This document shows, piece after piece, positions 35,460-45,961 of a DNA stretch of 64,000 nucleotides. The DNA lies in the NCBI GenBank assembly GCA_964383935.1, contig CAYLIE010000001.1:148543-212542 (forward strand), in the 5' to 3' direction. Position 1 is the first letter of the stretch, and each line of letters begins with the position of its first letter. This stretch comes from an uncultured Anaerolineales bacterium (GTDB taxonomy: Bacteria; Chloroflexota; Anaerolineae; UBA7937). A model generated the notes under the pieces. It was not told the DNA's origin. It saw only the letters and a list, made by a program, of their open reading frames with translations, and did not search any database. The position numbers and the translations under genes were made by a program.

Positions 35460-36383
35460 ATGTTTGAGATGGTCTTCCTGGGAACCTCGGCTTCGGCCCC
35501 CTCTTTGACAAGGAGCCTGGCCTCTACCATGGTGCTTTATGGTCGATACCGCTTCCTCATCGATTGCGGCGAGGGGACCCAACGACAACTTCTTAAGAGC
35601 GGCCTAGGCTTCAAGAGGCTCAATCACATCCTCCTCACCCACGGTCATCTGGATCATATCCTGGGTTTGGGCGGCTTAGTTTCCACTTTCAGCCGGTGGG
35701 AGGCGATCGACAGGCTGCAGATCTATGGAGGGGCGTGGGCCTTAGAACGAGTTCGGGATCTGATCCTGGGAGTGGTTCTGAGGGGAGCCCGGCCCAATCT
35801 TCAAATCGAGTTCATAGAGATCTCCCCCGGAGTGATCTTGGAGGATGAAGATTTCTCCCTCTTGGCTTTCCCTGTCACCCATAGGGGACCAGGCTGCTTT
35901 GGCTATACCTTTGAGGAGAAGAGTCGGCGTCCTTTCCTAACCGCCGTGGCGGAGCGGTTGGGGGTGTCTCCTGGACCTGAGCGAAGGCGGTTAGTGAAGG
36001 GTGAGCCGATAACTTTGGCCGATGGGAGGGTGGTGACCCCTGACGAGGTATTAGGTGCTCCGATCTCTGGCGCCAGGCTGGTCTATGTAGGTGATGCTAG
36101 CCGTGTGGACGATCTGGTCGATGAGGCGAGGGAAGCCGATGCTCTAGTGATCGAGGCTACCTATCTTCAGGCTGAGGCTCATCTGGCAAAGAAGTATAGC
36201 CACCTCACGGCTGCTCAAGCCGCTACCTTGGCCTGGGAGGCAGGGGTGAAGGTGCTTTACCTTACCCACATATCGAGGCGGTACTCAGAGGAGGAGGTTT
36301 TGGCGGAGGCGCAGCCCATCTTCCCTCACACTGTGGTGGTAGGGGATCTAGATAGGGTGCAGGTGGTTAAAAGGAGATCATGA
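35460..36383 (+). CDS. rnz: Ribonuclease Z (metallo-beta-lactamase, tRNA 3-prime processing)
   Basis: FLGTSASAP ... FLIDCGEGTQRQ ... LTHGHLDHILGL. Confidence 0.8.
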   Translation: MFEMVFLGTSASAPSLTRSLASTMVLYGRYRFLIDCGEGTQRQLLKSGLGFKRLNHILLTHGHLDHILGLGGLVSTFSRWEAIDRLQIYGGAWALERVRDLILGVVLRGARPNLQIEFIEISPGVILEDEDFSLLAFPVTHRGPGCFGYTFEEKSRRPFLTAVAERLGVSPGPERRRLVKGEPITLADGRVVTPDEVLGAPISGARLVYVGDASRVDDLVDEAREADALVIEATYLQAEAHLAKKYSHLTAAQAATLAWEAGVKVLYLTHISRRYSEEEVLAEAQPIFPHTVVVGDLDRVQVVKRRS

Positions 36384-37005
36384 ACTATCTAGGGCTCGAC
36401 CTCACCAGTTCGTCCTTCAAAGCCACAGCGGGCGCAGTGGTGAATGAGAATTTGCATCTAGTCGCTTGGGGCTTCATGGGCCCCGATGAGCAGATTCTAT
36501 CATTTGTGGGAGAGATCACCCCCAAGTCGTGGCCATCGATGCTCCTTTGAGTCTGCCCTTAGGGCTCTGTTGTCTTGAGGAGGACTGTCCCTGCAAACCT
36601 TTGAGAGAGGGGAAGGGGCGCGAGTGCGAACGGCAACTGTCCAGACTGGGCATCAGCTCCTATTACACCACTAAAATATCAATTATTAAGGAGATGGTGT
36701 ATAGGGGACTGAAGATTGCCAAGGAACTGTCGGAAAGGGAGTGGCCAGTCATAGAGATTTACCCCTATGGCAGCAAGATTCGTCTTTTCGGCAGGTTGCC
36801 TCCTAAGACTACCCGCCAGGGGAGAAGGATGCTTCAGGGGCATCTGCAGAGATTTGGGATTCAGATCCCTTTTGGAGGAGAGAGGCTCCTCTTCCATGAT
36901 ATCCTCGACGCTCTGGTGGCTGCCTATACTGGCTATCTCTATGTAAGGGGGGAGACAGAGGCTCTAGGTGACCCCCAGGAGGGACTCCTACATCTGCCAG
37001 CCTGA
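36380..37005 (+). pseudogene. DUF429 (RNase-H-like) protein, split by a -1 frameshift at a C5 run (or a sequencing error)
   Basis: Frame 2 reads MNYLGLDLTSS ... FVGEITPKS-stop from 36380 to 36550. Frame 1 is open from 36490 and reads HPQVVAIDAPLSLP..., which gives ORF 36529-37005. One extra C at 36519-36523 would fuse them into EITPQVVAIDAPLSLP, typical of DUF429. Confidence 0.55.
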
Positions 37006-37066
37006 GTCTTGCTCCCCAGGTGTGTAGGTGCTATAATTATTGCTTGGCCCTGAGAGGGGTCATATT

Positions 37067-37366
37067 ATGAGGAGTGAGCGTATGGGTTTAAGTCGGGCAG
37101 AGGTGGAGCATATCGCCGAGTTGGTGAAACTAGCCCTCACAGAAGGGGAGAAAGAGGTTTTCGCTCTGCAACTATCGAGCATCTTGGAACATTTCCAGGC
37201 TCTCCAAGCCCTCGACACAACGGGTATTCCGCCTACCGCCCAGGTGATCACTCTCAAGAACGTCATGCGGGCCGATGAGGTCACTCCTTGTCTCTCGCCA
37301 GAGGAGGCTCTGGCCAACGCTCCTCAGGCCGAGCAAGGGTATTTCAAGGTGTCAACGGTACTGTAA
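37067..37366 (+). CDS. gatC: Glu-tRNA(Gln)/Asp-tRNA(Asn) amidotransferase subunit C
   Basis: LSRAEVEHIAELVKLALTEGE ... about 95 aa. gatA lies downstream. Confidence 0.8.
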   Translation: MRSERMGLSRAEVEHIAELVKLALTEGEKEVFALQLSSILEHFQALQALDTTGIPPTAQVITLKNVMRADEVTPCLSPEEALANAPQAEQGYFKVSTVL

Positions 37367-37436
37367 ACGCCGTGAGGGCGCAGAACGGTAATCCGTGGAA
37401 ATGTTAGCCCTCTAAAGAAGTTATATAGGAGGCTCA

Positions 37437-38909
37437 TTGAGCGCGCTGCATGATTTGACCGCACATGAGGCCCATGAGTTGCTCTGGCGGGGAGAGATCA
37501 CCTCGCTGGAGTTGACCCAGGCGGTCTTGGATCGTGTCGTCGAGATAGACAACGAGATCAAGGCCTATCTTACCCTCATCCCTGAGGCGGCTTTGGCACG
37601 GGCACGAGAGGTGGATACGCTTCTTGCTGCTAAGAGAAGGGATGGCGAGGAACCCTCTCCCCTTTTGGGAGTGCCGATGGCGGTCAAGGACGTGATCTGC
37701 ACCGAAGGGATAGAGACCACCTGTGGCTCGAAGATCTTGGAGGGGTTCATCCCTCCCTATAGCGCCATGGTGGTGGAGCGTCTAACGGAGGCTGGGGCTA
37801 TAATCTTGGGGAAGACGAACACCGACGAGTTCGCTATGGGCTCCTCTACTGAGAACTCTGGGTTCTTCACCACCCATAACCCTTGGGACACTAGCCGGGT
37901 ACCCGGAGGCTCCAGCGGTGGCTCTGCGGCGGCCGTAACCTCTGGGGAGGCGATCTTCGCTCTGGGCACCGATACGGGGGGAAGCGTTCGCCAGCCAGCC
38001 TCCCTCTGCGGGGTAGTGGGGTTGAAGCCTACCTATGGATGGGTTTCCCGTTATGGTCTCATAGCCTTCGCCTCCTCCTTGGATCAGATAGGCCCTCTGA
38101 CCCGGGATGTAACCGATTGCGCTTTGGTGCTGAGGGTGATCGCTGGTTACGATCCAAGGGATTCTACCTCCCTAGACCTTCCCGTTCCGAACTACAGGGA
38201 AGCCCTGCTGCCCGATATCAAGGGGTTGCGGGCAGGCGTTCCGGAGGAATACTTCGTTGAAGGGGTGGAGCCCCAGGTGGCAGAGGTGGTGCGTGCAGCC
38301 ATCGATCTTCTAGCCGATCTGGGAGCCGAGATGGTAGAGGTCTCTCTTCCCCACACGGAGTACGCTTTGCCCACTTACTATCTTATCGCCCCCGCTGAGG
38401 CCTCGGCCAATCTAGCCCGCTACGATGGGGTGAAGTATGGTCTCTCTTGCTCCGGGGCGAACGATATTTGGGAGGACTACCGACGGACGAGGGAGGCCGG
38501 TTTTGGCCCAGAGGTGAAGCGGCGGATAATGCTAGGGGCTTACGCCCTCTCTGCTGGCTACTACGATGCCTACTACCTCAAGGCCCAGAAGGTTCGCACC
38601 CTTATCAAGGAGGATTTCGACCAAGCTTTTTTGAAGTGCGACGTTTTAGTGGGGCCCACCTCTCCTGCGGTGGCCTTCAAGATCGGGGAGCGGGTGGAGG
38701 ATCCCTTGCAGATGTACCTCTCCGATATCTTTACCCTCTCCCAGCCGTTGGCGGGTATCCCTGGCATATCCATTCCTTGCGGCTTCGCCGAGGGCTTGCC
38801 CGTAGGCTTGCAGATCATCGGCCCGGCGCTTGGTGAGGAAACGATTCTGCGGGTGGCTTACGCTTACGAACAGGCCACGGAGTGGCATAAGATGCGCCCA
38901 CAGTTGTAG
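37437..38909 (+). CDS. gatA: Glu-tRNA(Gln) amidotransferase subunit A (amidase signature family)
   Basis: [14 protein letters not shown] ... [11 protein letters not shown] amidase signature. Probable TTG start. Confidence 0.85.
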   Translation: MSALHDLTAHEAHELLWRGEITSLELTQAVLDRVVEIDNEIKAYLTLIPEAALARAREVDTLLAAKRRDGEEPSPLLGVPMAVKDVICTEGIETTCGSKILEGFIPPYSAMVVERLTEAGAIILGKTNTDEFAMGSSTENSGFFTTHNPWDTSRVPGGSSGGSAAAVTSGEAIFALGTDTGGSVRQPASLCGVVGLKPTYGWVSRYGLIAFASSLDQIGPLTRDVTDCALVLRVIAGYDPRDSTSLDLPVPNYREALLPDIKGLRAGVPEEYFVEGVEPQVAEVVRAAIDLLADLGAEMVEVSLPHTEYALPTYYLIAPAEASANLARYDGVKYGLSCSGANDIWEDYRRTREAGFGPEVKRRIMLGAYALSAGYYDAYYLKAQKVRTLIKEDFDQAFLKCDVLVGPTSPAVAFKIGERVEDPLQMYLSDIFTLSQPLAGIPGISIPCGFAEGLPVGLQIIGPALGEETILRVAYAYEQATEWHKMRPQL

Positions 38910-38917
38910 GGGGAGAG

Positions 38918-39895
38918 ATGAAAGTAGTGCTGCCCATGGCTGGTCTGGGAACGCGCCTCAGGCCTCATACCTACAGCAAGGCTAAGCCGTTGATCCCTGT
39001 GGCCGGCAAGCCGGTCTTGGCTCACCTCTTGGACAGACTCCAGGGACTCGATGTAGAAGAGTACATCTTCATCGTGGGCTACCTGGCCGAGCAGATCGAG
39101 GAGTATGTAGAGGCCAACTATGACCTCCCCGCCCGTTATGTCTTGCAGGCCGAGCCTTTGGGCCAAGCCCACGCCCTCCATCTGACCAGGGAGTATATCG
39201 ATAGTCCTTTCTTGATGGTCTTCGTAGACACCATCTTCGAAGCGGATCTAACCCGTATCGATGAGTTTACCTCTGACGCGTTGGTCTTTGTTAAAGAGGT
39301 GGATGACCCCCGGCGTTTCGGCATCGTCCTCTTGGAAGGTGGCAGGATCATAAGATTCATCGAGAAACCAGAGGAACCGGTCTCTAACCTGGCCTTGGTG
39401 GGGATGTATTACGTGGTGAACTGGTCATTGCTTATGGAATGCGTCGATACCCTTCTTAAGGAAGGCATCCAAACTAAAGGCGAATATTACATCGCCGATG
39501 CTTTCCAGTTGATGGTGGATCGGGGGGCCAAATTGGGGGCTGTGACCGTGGACGTGTGGCAGGATTGTGGGAAGCCAGAGACCCTTCTGGCCACTAATCG
39601 CTATCTTTTGGAGAAGGGCGGGACACAGGAGGTAGAGGCGGAGAACTCCGTTATCATCCCGCCGGTCTCCGTCGCAGAGAGCGTTACCATTCGGGGTTCC
39701 ATCGTGGGGCCGTATGTTTCGGCGGCCGAAGGGGGTGTGATCATCGATTCCATAGTCAAAGATTCGATCATCGACGAGGGGGCACATATAGAGGGCGCTA
39801 TGCTTGAGGGTTCCCTCATCGGCGCTAATGCTCAGGTGAAAGGGAGGTTTAAGTGCCTCGACGTAGCCGCTTCGTCCAGAGTGGATCTTGGATAA
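38918..39895 (+). CDS. Sugar-1-phosphate nucleotidyltransferase with a C-terminal left-handed beta-helix
   Basis: MKVVLPMAGLGTRLRPHTYSKAKPLIPVAGKP is the NTP_transferase N-terminal motif. Hexapeptide-like repeats follow at the C-terminus. Confidence 0.7.
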   Translation: MKVVLPMAGLGTRLRPHTYSKAKPLIPVAGKPVLAHLLDRLQGLDVEEYIFIVGYLAEQIEEYVEANYDLPARYVLQAEPLGQAHALHLTREYIDSPFLMVFVDTIFEADLTRIDEFTSDALVFVKEVDDPRRFGIVLLEGGRIIRFIEKPEEPVSNLALVGMYYVVNWSLLMECVDTLLKEGIQTKGEYYIADAFQLMVDRGAKLGAVTVDVWQDCGKPETLLATNRYLLEKGGTQEVEAENSVIIPPVSVAESVTIRGSIVGPYVSAAEGGVIIDSIVKDSIIDEGAHIEGAMLEGSLIGANAQVKGRFKCLDVAASSRVDLG

Positions 39896-39904
39896 ACGTT
39901 CCCT

Positions 39905-40123
39905 ATGAAAGGGTTAGCCCAAGTCACCTGTTATGCGGGGAGCAAGTATCCAGAGCGGCCGATCTCCTTTGTCTGGCGAGATGAAGAGCACATAATAGAG
40001 GTCATAGAGGGAGAGTGGATGACGCCTGAAGGCTCCCATTTCCGGGTGCGGACCTCGGCGGGAGAGCGCTTTCATCTAGTTTATTCTCGGGAGACAGATG
40101 AGTGGTATCTGAGACTGAAGTGA
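39905..40123 (+). CDS. Small hypothetical protein (72 aa)
   Basis: An ORF between the nucleotidyltransferase and aminotransferase genes. No family recognised. Confidence 0.3.
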   Translation: MKGLAQVTCYAGSKYPERPISFVWRDEEHIIEVIEGEWMTPEGSHFRVRTSAGERFHLVYSRETDEWYLRLK

Positions 40124-41277
40124 GAGAGTTTATCGCTCAGAGGGCGCGGATGGTCCCTCCCTCGGGTATCAGGAAGTTCTTCGACATCATCGCCACCATG
40201 GAAGATGTCATATCTTTGGGGGTGGGGGAGCCAGACTTTGTCACCCCGGATCAGATTCGCCGAGCGGGGATCCGCTCCCTGGAACGGGGGGAGACCCACT
40301 ACAGTTCCAACTCCGGGATGTTGGAGTTAAGGAAGGAGTTGGCCAAACACTTGGCTAAGCGATACGAGGTAGAATACGACCCAGGGACGGAGATCCTGAT
40401 CACCGTAGGGGTCTCCGAAGCCCTGCATATGTCCCTTTTGGCTTTGGTCGATCCCAGCAATGAGGTGGTCGTTCCGGAGCCCTGCTTCGTCTCCTACAAG
40501 CCGGGGATCATTTTCGCTGGGGGTGTCCCGGTAGTGTTGGAGACCAGATGCGAGGACGGCTTCCAAATAGAGCCACAAGAGATCGAGGCCGCTATCACTC
40601 CCTGTACCAAGGGGCTGCTCATAGGCTACCCCAATAACCCTACCGGGGCGGTCATGCCTAAGGACCTCCTTATCGAGATCGCCAAGATAGCCGAAGAGCA
40701 CGGGTTGGTCGTCTTCTCCGACGAGATCTATGATCGGCTAGTTTACGGCATTGACCATACCTGTTTCGCTTCCCTGCCTGGGATGAGGGACCGGACGGTG
40801 CTCTTGGGAGGATTCTCCAAAGCCTACGCTATGACCGGATGGCGGATCGGATACGTGGCTGGGAACGATGAGGTTATCGGTTCTATAAGGAAACTCCACC
40901 AATACGCTATCATGTGTGCCCCTACAATGGCCCAAGTGGCGGCCATCGAAGCCCTCAGAAATGGCGAGGAGGCAGTGCAAGCGATGGTCCAAGAGTACGA
41001 TAAGAGGCGCCGAGTGATAGTGAAAGGGCTCAACGACCTCGGCCTCTCCTGCTTCGAACCCCGGGGGGCTTTCTACGCTTTTCCTTCCATCGCTCGGACG
41101 GGCTTGAGTTCTGATGAGTTCTCGGAGAGGTTGCTCTTCGAGGAGAAGGTGGCCGTGGTCCCGGGCAGCGCCTTCGGGGAGTGCGGGGAGGGGTTCGTCC
41201 GCTGCTCTTATGCCACCTCCCTCCCCGATATCGAGGAGGCGCTTAGGCGGATAGGGAGGTTTCTCGAGAAGTCTTAG
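40102..41277 (+). CDS. Pyridoxal-phosphate-dependent class I/II aminotransferase (aspartate aminotransferase-like)
   Basis: [12 protein letters not shown]-terminal motif, a GEPDF motif in [12 protein letters not shown], and [15 protein letters not shown], which has the Lys for PLP. Confidence 0.8.
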   Translation: MVSETEVREFIAQRARMVPPSGIRKFFDIIATMEDVISLGVGEPDFVTPDQIRRAGIRSLERGETHYSSNSGMLELRKELAKHLAKRYEVEYDPGTEILITVGVSEALHMSLLALVDPSNEVVVPEPCFVSYKPGIIFAGGVPVVLETRCEDGFQIEPQEIEAAITPCTKGLLIGYPNNPTGAVMPKDLLIEIAKIAEEHGLVVFSDEIYDRLVYGIDHTCFASLPGMRDRTVLLGGFSKAYAMTGWRIGYVAGNDEVIGSIRKLHQYAIMCAPTMAQVAAIEALRNGEEAVQAMVQEYDKRRRVIVKGLNDLGLSCFEPRGAFYAFPSIARTGLSSDEFSERLLFEEKVAVVPGSAFGECGEGFVRCSYATSLPDIEEALRRIGRFLEKS

Positions 41278-41278
41278 G

Positions 41279-42727
41279 ATGGGATACGAACCAGTTATCG
41301 GCATCGAAGTCCACGCCCAACTCTTGACCAAATCGAAGATGTTCTGTGGTTGCAGCACCGATTATATGGGGGCTCCCCCTAATACCCATGTCTGCCCCGT
41401 CTGCTTGGGGATGCCGGGGGTACTCCCAGTCATTAACCGGAAGGCTGTGGAGTATACTATCATGACCGGCCTGACCCTCAATTGCCAAGTCCCCGAGGCT
41501 ACCAAGTGGGATCGAAAGAACTACCACTACCCCGATCTCCCCAAAGGCTACCAGATATCTCAATACGATCTCCCCCTCACCCGCGATGGCTGGTTGGAGA
41601 TAGATCTCAACGGGGTGCGGAAACGGATCGGCATCCGGCGAGTCCACTTGGAAGAGGACACGGCCAAGTTGTTCCATGAGGAGGGGTATGCCTTGGTGGA
41701 CTTCAACCGCTCTGGGGTGCCCCTCTTAGAGATCGTCAGCGAGCCCGACCTCCGCTCCGTAGAGGAGGTTCGCCAGTACGTGACCAAGTTGCGCATTATA
41801 CTGAGGTATCTGGGTGTCAGTTCCGGAGATATGGAGAAAGGAGCGATGCGGTTCGAGGCCAACATCTCCTTGCGACCGCGAGGCGGTGAGGAGTACGGTA
41901 CACGGGTGGAGATCAAGAACCTGAACAGTTTCCGCGCCGTCCTTAACTCCTTGAAATACGAGGTAGGGCGACAGAAGGAAATCCTCCAATCGGGGGGGAA
42001 GATCGAGCAGGAGACGATGGGTTGGGATGAGGTTCGGGGGGGCACCGTGCCCCAAAGGAGTAAAGAGTACGCCCATGACTATCGTTACTTCCCAGAGCCG
42101 GACTTACCCCCCTTGGAGTTGAAGAGAGAATGGGTGGAGAGCATAAAGGCTCAGATCCCCGAGTTGCCAGATGCCAAACGGGAGAGGTTCATAGCCCAGT
42201 ATGGTCTATCTGACTATGATGCCAGGGTGCTGGTGGCCGATAGAGAGGTGGCAGAACTCTTTGAGGAGTATGTTAAGGCCTACCCCAAAGGAAGATTGGT
42301 AGTGAATTGGATGAGCCGAGAACTCTTCCCCTTGTTAAATGAGGGTAGAGTTACCTTAGAAGAGTTCAGGTCCAAGTGGCCACCTGATTACGTCCACGAG
42401 CTGCTCGATTCCTATGACCGTGGTTGGATCACCCGAAGTAGTGCTACCCAGGTTACGACCATGATAACCATCGAAGGGGATGATCGCTCGCCCCGTCGCA
42501 TTATTGAGGAGGAAAGGCTGGCTCAGATCAGCGACGAGGAACGACTGGAGGCCATAATCGAGAGGGTGATTGAGGAGAACCCCAAGCCTGTAGCCGACTA
42601 CCTGGGAGGCAAGGAGGGAGCCCTGCGTTATCTAGTGGGCCAAGTGATGAAAGCTACCAGGGGAAAGGCGAACCCAGGCTTAGCCAATAGGCTCTTAAAG
42701 GAAAGGCTCAAGAAGAAGAAAAGATAG
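41279..42727 (+). CDS. gatB: Glu-tRNA(Gln)/Asp-tRNA(Asn) amidotransferase subunit B
   Basis: [25 protein letters not shown] ... about 480 aa with a GatB/YqeY-like C-terminal domain. Confidence 0.9.
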   Translation: MGYEPVIGIEVHAQLLTKSKMFCGCSTDYMGAPPNTHVCPVCLGMPGVLPVINRKAVEYTIMTGLTLNCQVPEATKWDRKNYHYPDLPKGYQISQYDLPLTRDGWLEIDLNGVRKRIGIRRVHLEEDTAKLFHEEGYALVDFNRSGVPLLEIVSEPDLRSVEEVRQYVTKLRIILRYLGVSSGDMEKGAMRFEANISLRPRGGEEYGTRVEIKNLNSFRAVLNSLKYEVGRQKEILQSGGKIEQETMGWDEVRGGTVPQRSKEYAHDYRYFPEPDLPPLELKREWVESIKAQIPELPDAKRERFIAQYGLSDYDARVLVADREVAELFEEYVKAYPKGRLVVNWMSRELFPLLNEGRVTLEEFRSKWPPDYVHELLDSYDRGWITRSSATQVTTMITIEGDDRSPRRIIEEERLAQISDEERLEAIIERVIEENPKPVADYLGGKEGALRYLVGQVMKATRGKANPGLANRLLKERLKKKKR

Positions 42728-42812
42728 AAAGGATGGCTCATTATAAGGAGGGAACGAGATTCGAAGAGTTCAGTTTCGAAGAAGAAATATATCAACCCAA
42801 AGGAGGGAGTAG

Positions 42813-44063
42813 ATGCCCGAGGAATTAACCCCCTTTGAGATCGCTCAAAGGCAATTGGATGAAGCAGCGGAGATCCTCCAGCTGGAACCCGGTATCCATG
42901 CCTTTCTGCGGGAGCCGATGCGCGAACTCCATGTCACCTTCCCGGTGAGGATGGACGACGGCTCCGTAAAGGTCTTCAGAGGCTTCCGGGTCCAGTACAA
43001 CGACGCCCGCGGCCCAGCCAAGGGTGGCATCCGGTATCACCCCCAGGAGACCATAGATACGGTGCGAGCCTTGGCTGCCTGGATGACCTGGAAATGTGCC
43101 CTTGTGGACATCCCTTTGGGAGGAGGTAAGGGCGGGGTGATCTGCAACCCCAAGGAGATGTCCCAGGGGGAGTTGGAGAGGTTGAGCCGAGCCTACATCA
43201 GACAGGTAGGGATCATCCTCGGTCCAAAGAGGGATGTGCCCGCTCCCGATGTCTATACTAACCCCCAGATCATGGCCTGGATGATGGACGAGTATAGCGT
43301 GTTGCAGGGAGATTACGAGCCTGGCGTCATCACCGGCAAGCCGATCCCCTTGGGCGGTTCCGCGGGGAGAGGTGATGCTACAGCCCGGGGGGGCATGTAC
43401 TGTGTGCGGGAGGCGGGCAGAGCCCTAGGCATCGACCTTAAGGGTGCCACCACCGCCATCCAGGGCTATGGCAACGCCGGCTACTTCGCTCATCTCTTGG
43501 GCCAGGAACTCTTGGGCCTCAAGGTGATAGCCGTCAGCGACTCTAAAGGCGGCATCCTGAGCCCTGAGGGGCTCGATCCCAAGGCCGTTCAAGCCCACAA
43601 GGATAAGAGCCGTTCCGTCGTCAACTTCCCCGGCTCTAAGAACATCACTAACGAGGGACTCCTGGAACTGGATGTCACCGTCCTCATACCGGCCGCACTG
43701 GAGAACCAGATAACGGCAGAGAACGCCGGAAGGGTGAAGGCTAAGATCAGTGCGGAACTAGCCAACGGCCCCACAACCCCCGAGGCGGATGAGATACTCT
43801 ACCGGAATGGGGTTTACGTCATCCCCGACTTCCTCTGCAACGCCGGGGGCGTGACGGTCTCTTACTTTGAGGGGGTCCAGAACGCCTATAACTACTACTG
43901 GGATCTCGGAGAGGTCCACGAGAAACTGGACAAGAAGATGACCGTTGCTTTTCACGCCGTCCACGAGATGGCCCAGAAGAAGAAGATCCATAACCGCTTG
44001 GCGGCCTATCTGGTGGCTGTAGAGAGGGTGGCGGAGGCGATTAAGTTGCGGGGCTGGGTCTAG
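42813..44063 (+). CDS. Glutamate dehydrogenase
   Basis: [10 protein letters not shown] ... [10 protein letters not shown] Glu/Leu/Phe/Val dehydrogenase signatures and a Rossmann GYGNAGY. Confidence 0.85.
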   Translation: MPEELTPFEIAQRQLDEAAEILQLEPGIHAFLREPMRELHVTFPVRMDDGSVKVFRGFRVQYNDARGPAKGGIRYHPQETIDTVRALAAWMTWKCALVDIPLGGGKGGVICNPKEMSQGELERLSRAYIRQVGIILGPKRDVPAPDVYTNPQIMAWMMDEYSVLQGDYEPGVITGKPIPLGGSAGRGDATARGGMYCVREAGRALGIDLKGATTAIQGYGNAGYFAHLLGQELLGLKVIAVSDSKGGILSPEGLDPKAVQAHKDKSRSVVNFPGSKNITNEGLLELDVTVLIPAALENQITAENAGRVKAKISAELANGPTTPEADEILYRNGVYVIPDFLCNAGGVTVSYFEGVQNAYNYYWDLGEVHEKLDKKMTVAFHAVHEMAQKKKIHNRLAAYLVAVERVAEAIKLRGWV

Positions 44064-44076
44064 GGCAAGTAGTTTT

Positions 44077-45348
44077 GTGGGGGAGGGGGAGAACCTCTCC
44101 CCCAGCGTCTTTAGGGAGATGGAGCGTTTGAGGGTTGAGTTGACAGGCATGGCCCATGGTGGCGAGGCCTTGGGTCGTCATGAAGGAAAAGTGATCTTTG
44201 TCCCCTATGCCTTGCTGGGGGAAGAGGTACTTGTCGAGATAGTCCAAGATAAAGGCCGGTATGCTCGAGCCCGACTCTTGGAGGTGGTGCGTCCTTCCCC
44301 GGATAGGGTGGAGCCTCGGTGCCCCCATTTCGGAACCTGTGGGGGTTGCCAATGGCAACATGTATCTTATGAAGCCCAATTGCGCTTTAAGGAACAGATA
44401 CTGCACGATCAACTGGAACGGATCGGCGAGATCTCGAAACCTACCCTCAAACCCTCTCTGGGGGCTCGCGATCCTTGGTTCTACCGAAATCACGCTCAGT
44501 TTCATCTGAATGAGGAGGGGCGTCTGGGCTTTCTCACCTTTCGGGGTTGGGAAGTGGTTCCCATCAAGGTCTGCTACATTATGCACCCTCTTATAGATGA
44601 GGTTTTTCGTGCTCTCGATTTGGCCTTCCCCCAATTGAAGAGGGTCTCCATCAAGGTGGGCACGAGGACAGGGCAGAAACTTTTGATCTTGGAGATGGAG
44701 GAGGATGTGATCCCCGCCTTGGAAGTGGACGAGCCCCTCTCTTGCGTGGAATTCCTAAGCGACGGGACGCTCCTCACCCTGGTGGGGGATAGTCACATTG
44801 TGGAGGAGGCGAGGGGGAGGTACTTCCGTATCTCGGCTGCCAGTTTCTTCCAAGTGAATACAAAGCAGTTGGAGCGACTGATAGAGGTGGTGTGGGGGTA
44901 TCTAGCCCCGGAGGGTCACGAGGTTCTCCTTGACGCCTATTGTGGGGTAGGAACCTTTGGTCTATCCCTGGCGGGGGAGGTAGGGCAGGTAATAGGTGTC
45001 GAGGAGAGCGATGGCACCCTTGCCGATGCCCGGTTCAACGCCCAAGAGGGGGAAAACGTAGAGTTCATAGGAGGGCGGGTGGAAGATATCCTGTCTGACT
45101 TGGTGAAGGTCGATGTGGCCATCCTTGATCCTCCCCGCCCAGGCTGTGGAAGGGAGGTTATCAATCACCTCGCGAGGCTTGCTCCCGCCAAGATCATCTA
45201 CGTCTCCTGCGACCCGGCCACCCTGGCCCGGGATATCAAGCGTCTAAGGGAGGGTGGCTATCATCTAGTTGAAGCCCAACCCGTGGATATGTTCCCTCAG
45301 ACCTATCATATAGAAGCCGTAGCCCTTCTGGAACGGTCGACCTCTTGA
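44077..45348 (+). CDS. rlmD: 23S rRNA (uracil-C5)-methyltransferase RlmD/RumA family (TRAM + [4Fe-4S] + SAM MTase)
   Basis: TRAM-like N-terminus; Cys cluster CPHFGTCGGCQWQH; SAM motif LLDAYCGVGTFG; and a C-terminal ILDPPRPG. The start may be the internal ATG near 44119. Confidence 0.75.
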   Translation: MGEGENLSPSVFREMERLRVELTGMAHGGEALGRHEGKVIFVPYALLGEEVLVEIVQDKGRYARARLLEVVRPSPDRVEPRCPHFGTCGGCQWQHVSYEAQLRFKEQILHDQLERIGEISKPTLKPSLGARDPWFYRNHAQFHLNEEGRLGFLTFRGWEVVPIKVCYIMHPLIDEVFRALDLAFPQLKRVSIKVGTRTGQKLLILEMEEDVIPALEVDEPLSCVEFLSDGTLLTLVGDSHIVEEARGRYFRISAASFFQVNTKQLERLIEVVWGYLAPEGHEVLLDAYCGVGTFGLSLAGEVGQVIGVEESDGTLADARFNAQEGENVEFIGGRVEDILSDLVKVDVAILDPPRPGCGREVINHLARLAPAKIIYVSCDPATLARDIKRLREGGYHLVEAQPVDMFPQTYHIEAVALLERSTS

Positions 45349-45413
45349 CATCCACGCCGCGGGAAATTATATTCTTGGTTGCCTACCTTGCATGGACATC
45401 TGTTGGAGGTTAA

Positions 45414-45938
45414 GTGGCTGTAAGGCGGATCTTGCAGGCCGATGAGATGGTAGTTTGCCAGAAGGCTAAGAAGGTAAGAGATTTCGGTCCTTCCCTTAAG
45501 GCTCTGGTGGACGCTATGGTGGAGACGATGCGCGCCGCTCCAGGGATCGGGCTGGCGGCTCCCCAAATCGGCGTTCCCCTGCGGGTTATCGTGGTCGAGT
45601 TGCCCGAGGTGGAGGGAGAAGAAGACCCGCAGCGAGGGAAACTCTTCGTCATCTGTAACCCCGAAGTGATGAAATCCTGGGGGGAGGAAGGGGGAGACGA
45701 GGGGTGTTTATCCCTGCCAGGCTACGTGGGGGAGGTGAAGCGAGCGAGCAGGGTGACGGTGAAAGGTCAAGATCTCAAGGGCAAAAAGATCAGGGTTAAG
45801 GCCCAAGGCCTTTTGGCGCGGGCCTTGCAGCATGAGATGGATCATCTTAATGGGATGCTTTTCACCGCTCGATTGGAAAGTATAGATAAACTCCGCCGGC
45901 TGGAAAAGGCTGAAGAAGAGGCGGAATTGGCTATCTAG
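45414..45938 (+). CDS. def: Peptide deformylase
   Basis: GIGLAAPQIG motif 1, EGCLSLPG motif 2 and QHEMDHLNG motif 3. Confidence 0.85.
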   Translation: MAVRRILQADEMVVCQKAKKVRDFGPSLKALVDAMVETMRAAPGIGLAAPQIGVPLRVIVVELPEVEGEEDPQRGKLFVICNPEVMKSWGEEGGDEGCLSLPGYVGEVKRASRVTVKGQDLKGKKIRVKAQGLLARALQHEMDHLNGMLFTARLESIDKLRRLEKAEEEAELAI

Positions 45939-45961
45939 TCCCAACTTCTCAGAAGGGGTGT

